Of a stretch of DNA of 64,000 bases, positions 59,491-64,000 are shown one piece after another. This DNA is from Eledone cirrhosa (lineage: Eukaryota), in assembly GCA_964016885.1 (NCBI GenBank), contig OZ024756.1, positions 29,264,001 through 29,328,000 of the forward strand, given 5' to 3'. The number at the start of each line of letters is the position of its first letter. Position 1 is the first letter of the stretch. The notes beneath the pieces are model-generated. The model saw only the letters and a list, made by a program, of their open reading frames with translations, had not been told where the DNA came from and ran no database searches. The position numbers were made by a program, and so were the translations under genes.

Positions 59491-59773
59491 TACTTGATCA
59501 CATGAATGTCTATTTTTGTTAATATTTTGAATTAATATTAATAACTCCGGAAAACCATAACCTATTGTAAAACTCATTCTTTGATTTATTCATTGAACCT
59601 TGTTTAACCTTTAAATATATATATATATATAACGGAGGAAATGTGGTAAGGAACCAGGTGGACCATAACGCACCAAAGTACTCAATACTTAGGGTAGTAG
59701 AGTCCAGAATTAGCCGTCGAAACGGCTTGAGCTCAGCCGTCGGGGTCCTACTCGTTCCTATATATATATATAT

Positions 59774-59848
59774 GGTTGTCCCCCAAAAATGTATACATAT
59801 TTCAACAGCATTCTAATAAAAGTGTGTATACATTTTTTGGACACCCTC
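59774..59848. mobile_element. Tc1/mariner-like mini-MITE
   Basis: ggttgtcccccaaaaatgtataca ... tgtatacattttttggacaccctc inverted ends within (TA)n. Confidence 0.5.
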
Positions 59849-60240
59849 CATTTATATATATATATATATAAGGTAAAAAGATGAAATCGAAAATGCAACT
59901 GGAGTCTTTTTAGGAATATTTATTTGTTTCCTTTATTAGTTTCACAGTTCTTATGCTTTTCAAAAGTAGAATTCAGATGGAGGGTTTGTGGTCTCTCTCT
60001 CTCTCTCTCACACACTCACTCACTCACTCACTCACTCACTCACTCACTCACTCACTCTCTCTCACTCACTCACTCTCCCTCTATATATACATATATATAT
60101 ATATATATAAAGAGAGAGAGGTAGAACACTGGAAGGTAATATCCGTAGTGGTAGAGCACTCAGCCAGTCCATGGGACGAGTTTGGTAGTGGCAGTAACAA
60201 CAGTTAGTTCACCATACGGAAGAGTATAACCATGACCAGT

Positions 60241-60281
60241 CCGAGCTGAAGATCCGCATAAGGTGAAACAATTGTTCTCGG
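60241..60281 (+). ncRNA. Minimal type-I hammerhead ribozyme with a long outer stem
   Basis: ccgag CTGAAGA tccgcataaggt GAAA C AATT G TT ctcgg; outer pairing agtaacaacagttagttcac (60193-60212) with gtgaactaattgttgttact. Confidence 0.75.
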
Positions 60282-60306
60282 TATCGTGAACTAATTGTTG
60301 TTACTA

Positions 60307-60376
<70 letters not shown>

Positions 60377-60383
<7 letters not shown>

Positions 60384-60720
60384 ATGTAATAAACAACATA
60401 AGGCAATTATTCCATTTACCAGTGGTTTCTTAAAAGCAAAAGGTTTTGCTTTCAATCCTCAGAATGAAAAAATCCTGGTTTGTTTATTGAATTTGGATTT
60501 TAAAATTAGGTTTTTAAAATTAGGTTTTTAAAATCCAAATTCAATAAACAAACCAGGATTTTTTCATTCTGAGGATTGAAAGCAAAACCTTTTGCTTTTA
60601 AGAAACCACTGGTAAATGGAATAATTGCTTTATGTTGTTTATTACATAATAATAATCAAGCTCTGTTGCCTACATAGAGCACTCTTTTTTCCTGGACTTT
60701 TCCGACGGAATTACTTCACA
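60377..60720. mobile_element. Fold-back ribozyme element
   Basis: Arms 60377-60505 and 60526-60654, tail 60655-60720, (TA)n flanks. Confidence 0.75.
60562..60621 (+). ncRNA. Type-I hammerhead ribozyme (mirror on - strand at 60410-60469)
   Basis: tttcatt CTGAGGA ttgaaagcaaa acct tttgcttttaa GAAA CC ACT GG TA aatggaa; 11-bp stem II, GUA triplet. Confidence 0.82.
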
Positions 60721-60857
60721 TACATATATATATATATATATATTAATAATAATAAATTTGAAAACTAAAATCCAAAGATGGCTCGATAAGGATAAATATA
60801 TATCAAATATATAAGAACCGTAGAGCACCAATTCTTTGCTTAAACTTTAATCTGTTA

Positions 60858-60895
<38 letters not shown>

Positions 60896-60974
60896 TAGTA
60901 TTAACAATTATATATGTATGTATGTATACATATATATGAAAGATTTATATATATATATATGTGTGTGTGTGTGG

Positions 60975-61282
60975 TAAAGAACCCTTCGTTCACGGACGAC
61001 AGTAATGTTTGTACCTAGAAAGTTCCCCTCCAAGGCACAAGTCTAGGCAAGGATTGTTTGTGGAAGACCAACCGTCAACCATGCATACCAGTCTCTCGAC
61101 ACTACACAACGGGTATTGTCCAAGAGAAAGACAAAGGCCGATAGAGCTTGACACCAGTGACATCGCAATTTATTTCTACAGCTGAGTGAACTGGAGTAGC
61201 ATGAAATAAAGTGTCTTCTTCAAGGTCCGAGCATCGAACTCATAAACTCCCCATTGCAAGCCAAACGCTCTAACTACAAATC
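60975..61282 (-). mobile_element. SINE with a family B head and a different tail
   Basis: Shares tttctacagctgagtgaactggag...gaaataaagtgtctt...gaactc...attgcaagcc with family B, but the 3' part is unrelated. Confidence 0.65.
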
Positions 61283-63261
61283 CAATTCGTTTTTTGTATT
61301 TATTTTGCAAGATTTGTTTATCTGTAAACGTGTGTTGAAACAGATGTTGTTATACTTTCGGAAGGTAGGTCATATTGTTATTTGGGAGTGTCATGCTGCC
61401 AATAAAAACACCTGTTATTAAACTAATCGACTGGAAAATTATTATAATAAATTGAAGTGAAACCCAACAGGTGTTTGTGTTTTTTATTGGCAGCATGACC
61501 CTTCGAAAGTATAACTATAACTATATATATATATATATATAGTTATAGTTATACTTTCGAAGGGTCATGCTGCCAATAAAAAACACATATATATATATAT
61601 TTATATTAGTGTTGGTGCTCTGAAATAGCGATGTATATATGAATGATGAATGTACGTATAGTATATTTAATTGTTTCTACTTTTGGCACAAGGCCAGCAA
61701 TCACTCAGTACATTACTGGTACTTTATTTTATCGACCCCGTAAGGATGAAAGGCAAAGTTAACCTCGGCAGTAATAATATACTGTATGTTTATTTAAAAA
61801 CAATTTGAAGGCCATTCGCTATGAATCATAAAGTAGTGACTAATGTCACATCCATTGTCTCGGCAAAAGCAAAGGGAAGTAATTGACGGTGCCGTTACTC
61901 ACTTGTAAGTGGTTGTCTGTCGAGAGTTATAGAAGCTGGGTTCTTATAGAATTCCAGTTGTGTTTATGAGCTGTTTAAACTCATTAACATACAGAGCGGT
62001 TGCCGGCCCGTCAAAAATCAGAAATTAGTATTGTTGCTCTGAAATAGCGATGTATATATGAATATACGTATAGTATATTTAACAATTGTTTCTACTTTTG
62101 ACACAAGGCCAGCAATTACCCAGTGTATTACTGGCATTTTGTTTTATCGACCATGGTGTCTGACTCTCTACCGATACTGCCAATTCACCGATATACTGTA
62201 TGTTTATTTAAAAACATTTTGAAGGCCGTTCGTTATGAATTTTAAAGTAGTGACTAAGATCACATAAAACTCATAGCAAATGGCCTTCAAAATGTTTTAA
62301 AATAAACATACAGTATATTATTAAATATACTATACCCGCCGAGGTTAACTTTGCCTTTCATCCTTACGGGGTCGATAAAATAAAGTACCAGTAATGTACT
62401 GGGTAAGTGCTGGCCTTGTGCCTAAAGTAGAAACAATTATTAAATATACTATACGTACATTCATATATACATCGCTATTCCAGAGCACCAATAGTAATTT
62501 CTCATTTTTGCTGGGCCGGCAACCGCTCTTATTAATGAGTTTAAACAGCTCCTCATTCCCCACAACACACACATACACACATATATACACACACATTACA
62601 AACACACATAGATATATACACATAGATATACACACATTCATATAAACACATATACACACACACATATACATACCTAGACATACACACATAGACACACGTA
62701 CATTACACACACACGCGCACATAGACAGACACATATATACACACACACCACACACAAATATTGTCCTCCCTACCTCCTACCTGTCTCATTGGAGACCCTG
62801 ACACAAAGACCACGAACGCTGTATTTTTCATTTTGCTGACGCTTCAATGAAGCAACTTTTACCCAGGAACAATAACTCTGTACAAGAACAACTACTCCTA
62901 CAACGAAGAGTAAGGGAAGCAACTCTTTATTGTATAGTTATTTCGGGGAAGAAATGCAGAATACTAAACCACGACTGGAAAAGCACGATCTCTCTCTCTC
63001 TCTCTCTCTCTCTGTATACATATATATATTCCAGGTCTGTGTTTTCTTTATCATTTATTTTATTTTGTTTTTACCTGTTTAGCTTGATTTGCTTTTTGGC
63101 TTAGGTGGTTGATGCTTTCTTGACCACTATTTCAGTTTTGTATGGCCTCTTAACATATTGTTTTAGCTCTGGTTTTTTAACTATCGAGCGCTTGCCAATA
63201 TCATATCCGATTTTTGCTTTTCGTTTCGCCTTTTCTACCAGCCGAAATGCGATTCTCGCTG

Positions 63262-63295
<34 letters not shown>

Positions 63296-63501
63296 GCTTA
63301 TTATGATCCAGAACTTACTCACTATTTTGAAAAGTTGGACGTGAACCACAATTATCATTGAGTGGCTGCTATTTGCAGTATAGCAATATATGGTTGCACT
63401 TACCAATGAAACGGTCGTAAATACCTGGATAAAATCCTTTTCTTAATGCTTGCCTGTGTTTTCTCTTATATATATATATATATATATATATGTGTTGGGG
63501 G

Positions 63502-63561
<60 letters not shown>

Positions 63562-63562
<1 letters not shown>

Positions 63563-63755
63563 TTTCACCGTATTTTAGACTAAAGAAATTTCTAGCCTGA
63601 TAGTGGGGTTTATAACCCTCGGAGAAATGGAAAAAGATGAGTGTTGCCGATGAAATTTCTTTAGTCTAAAATACGGTGAAAGCTTATAATTTCTAATTTC
63701 AAACTCGCGCACCGTTTCAAAAACATACTTACATGTTTACGTTTATAATTTGCTT
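63562..63755. mobile_element. Short fold-back element with tail in (TA)n; related hairpin at 29221-29373
   Basis: Arms ctttcaccgtattttagactaaagaaatttc / gaaatttctttagtctaaaatacggtgaaag. The 29221 copy has aagcttcgccgtaatattttgactaaa / tttagtcaaaatgttacagtgaagctt. Confidence 0.55.
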
Positions 63756-63770
63756 ATATATATATATATA

Positions 63771-63971
63771 AATAACAGAGGAGTTGTGGTAAGGAACCAG
63801 ATGGACCACAACACACCAGAGTACTCAATACTTAGGGTAGTAGAGTAGGTAATAGGAGAAAGTATGACCCCGACGGCAGAGCTCAAGCCGTTTCGACGGG
63901 GCTATTTCTGCTTTAGTCCAGAAATAGCCGTCGAAACGGCTTGAGCTCTGCCGTCGGGGTCATACTTTCTC
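63771..63971. mobile_element. GC-rich fold-back element (same family as 38925, opposite orientation)
   Basis: Tail 63771-63855, arms 63856-63910 and 63919-63971. Confidence 0.7.
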
Positions 63972-64000
63972 ATATATATATATACGCGTCCATACATTCA

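Overview
AT-rich, microsatellite-dominated animal genomic DNA. The SINE/LINE repertoire and the (TA)n/(TACA)n load point to a cephalopod, probably Octopus (inference). Almost all long ORFs in the track are microsatellite artefacts. The only host coding sequence I can support is one minus-strand exon (28365-28680) encoding the N-terminus of a ClC-3/4/5-type H+/Cl- exchanger, so most of the window is probably giant introns. These contain tRNA-derived SINEs, 3' fragments of RTE, CR1, Tx1/L1 and R4/Dong-like LINEs, TTAA, hAT and mariner-like MITEs, and several minisatellites. The most interesting signal is a dense set of short non-coding elements carrying minimal type-I hammerhead ribozymes (CUGANGA...GAAA, mostly with a short palindromic stem-III loop): 10 loci and 15 motifs, folded by eye. 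Five loci are near-perfect 120-160 bp fold-back hairpins with a ribozyme on each strand plus a one-sided tail, and most sit in (TA)n tracts. This resembles Penelope-like pseudo-LTRs or non-LTR retrozymes, but here several divergent sequence families share one ambisense hairpin architecture and show covariation.
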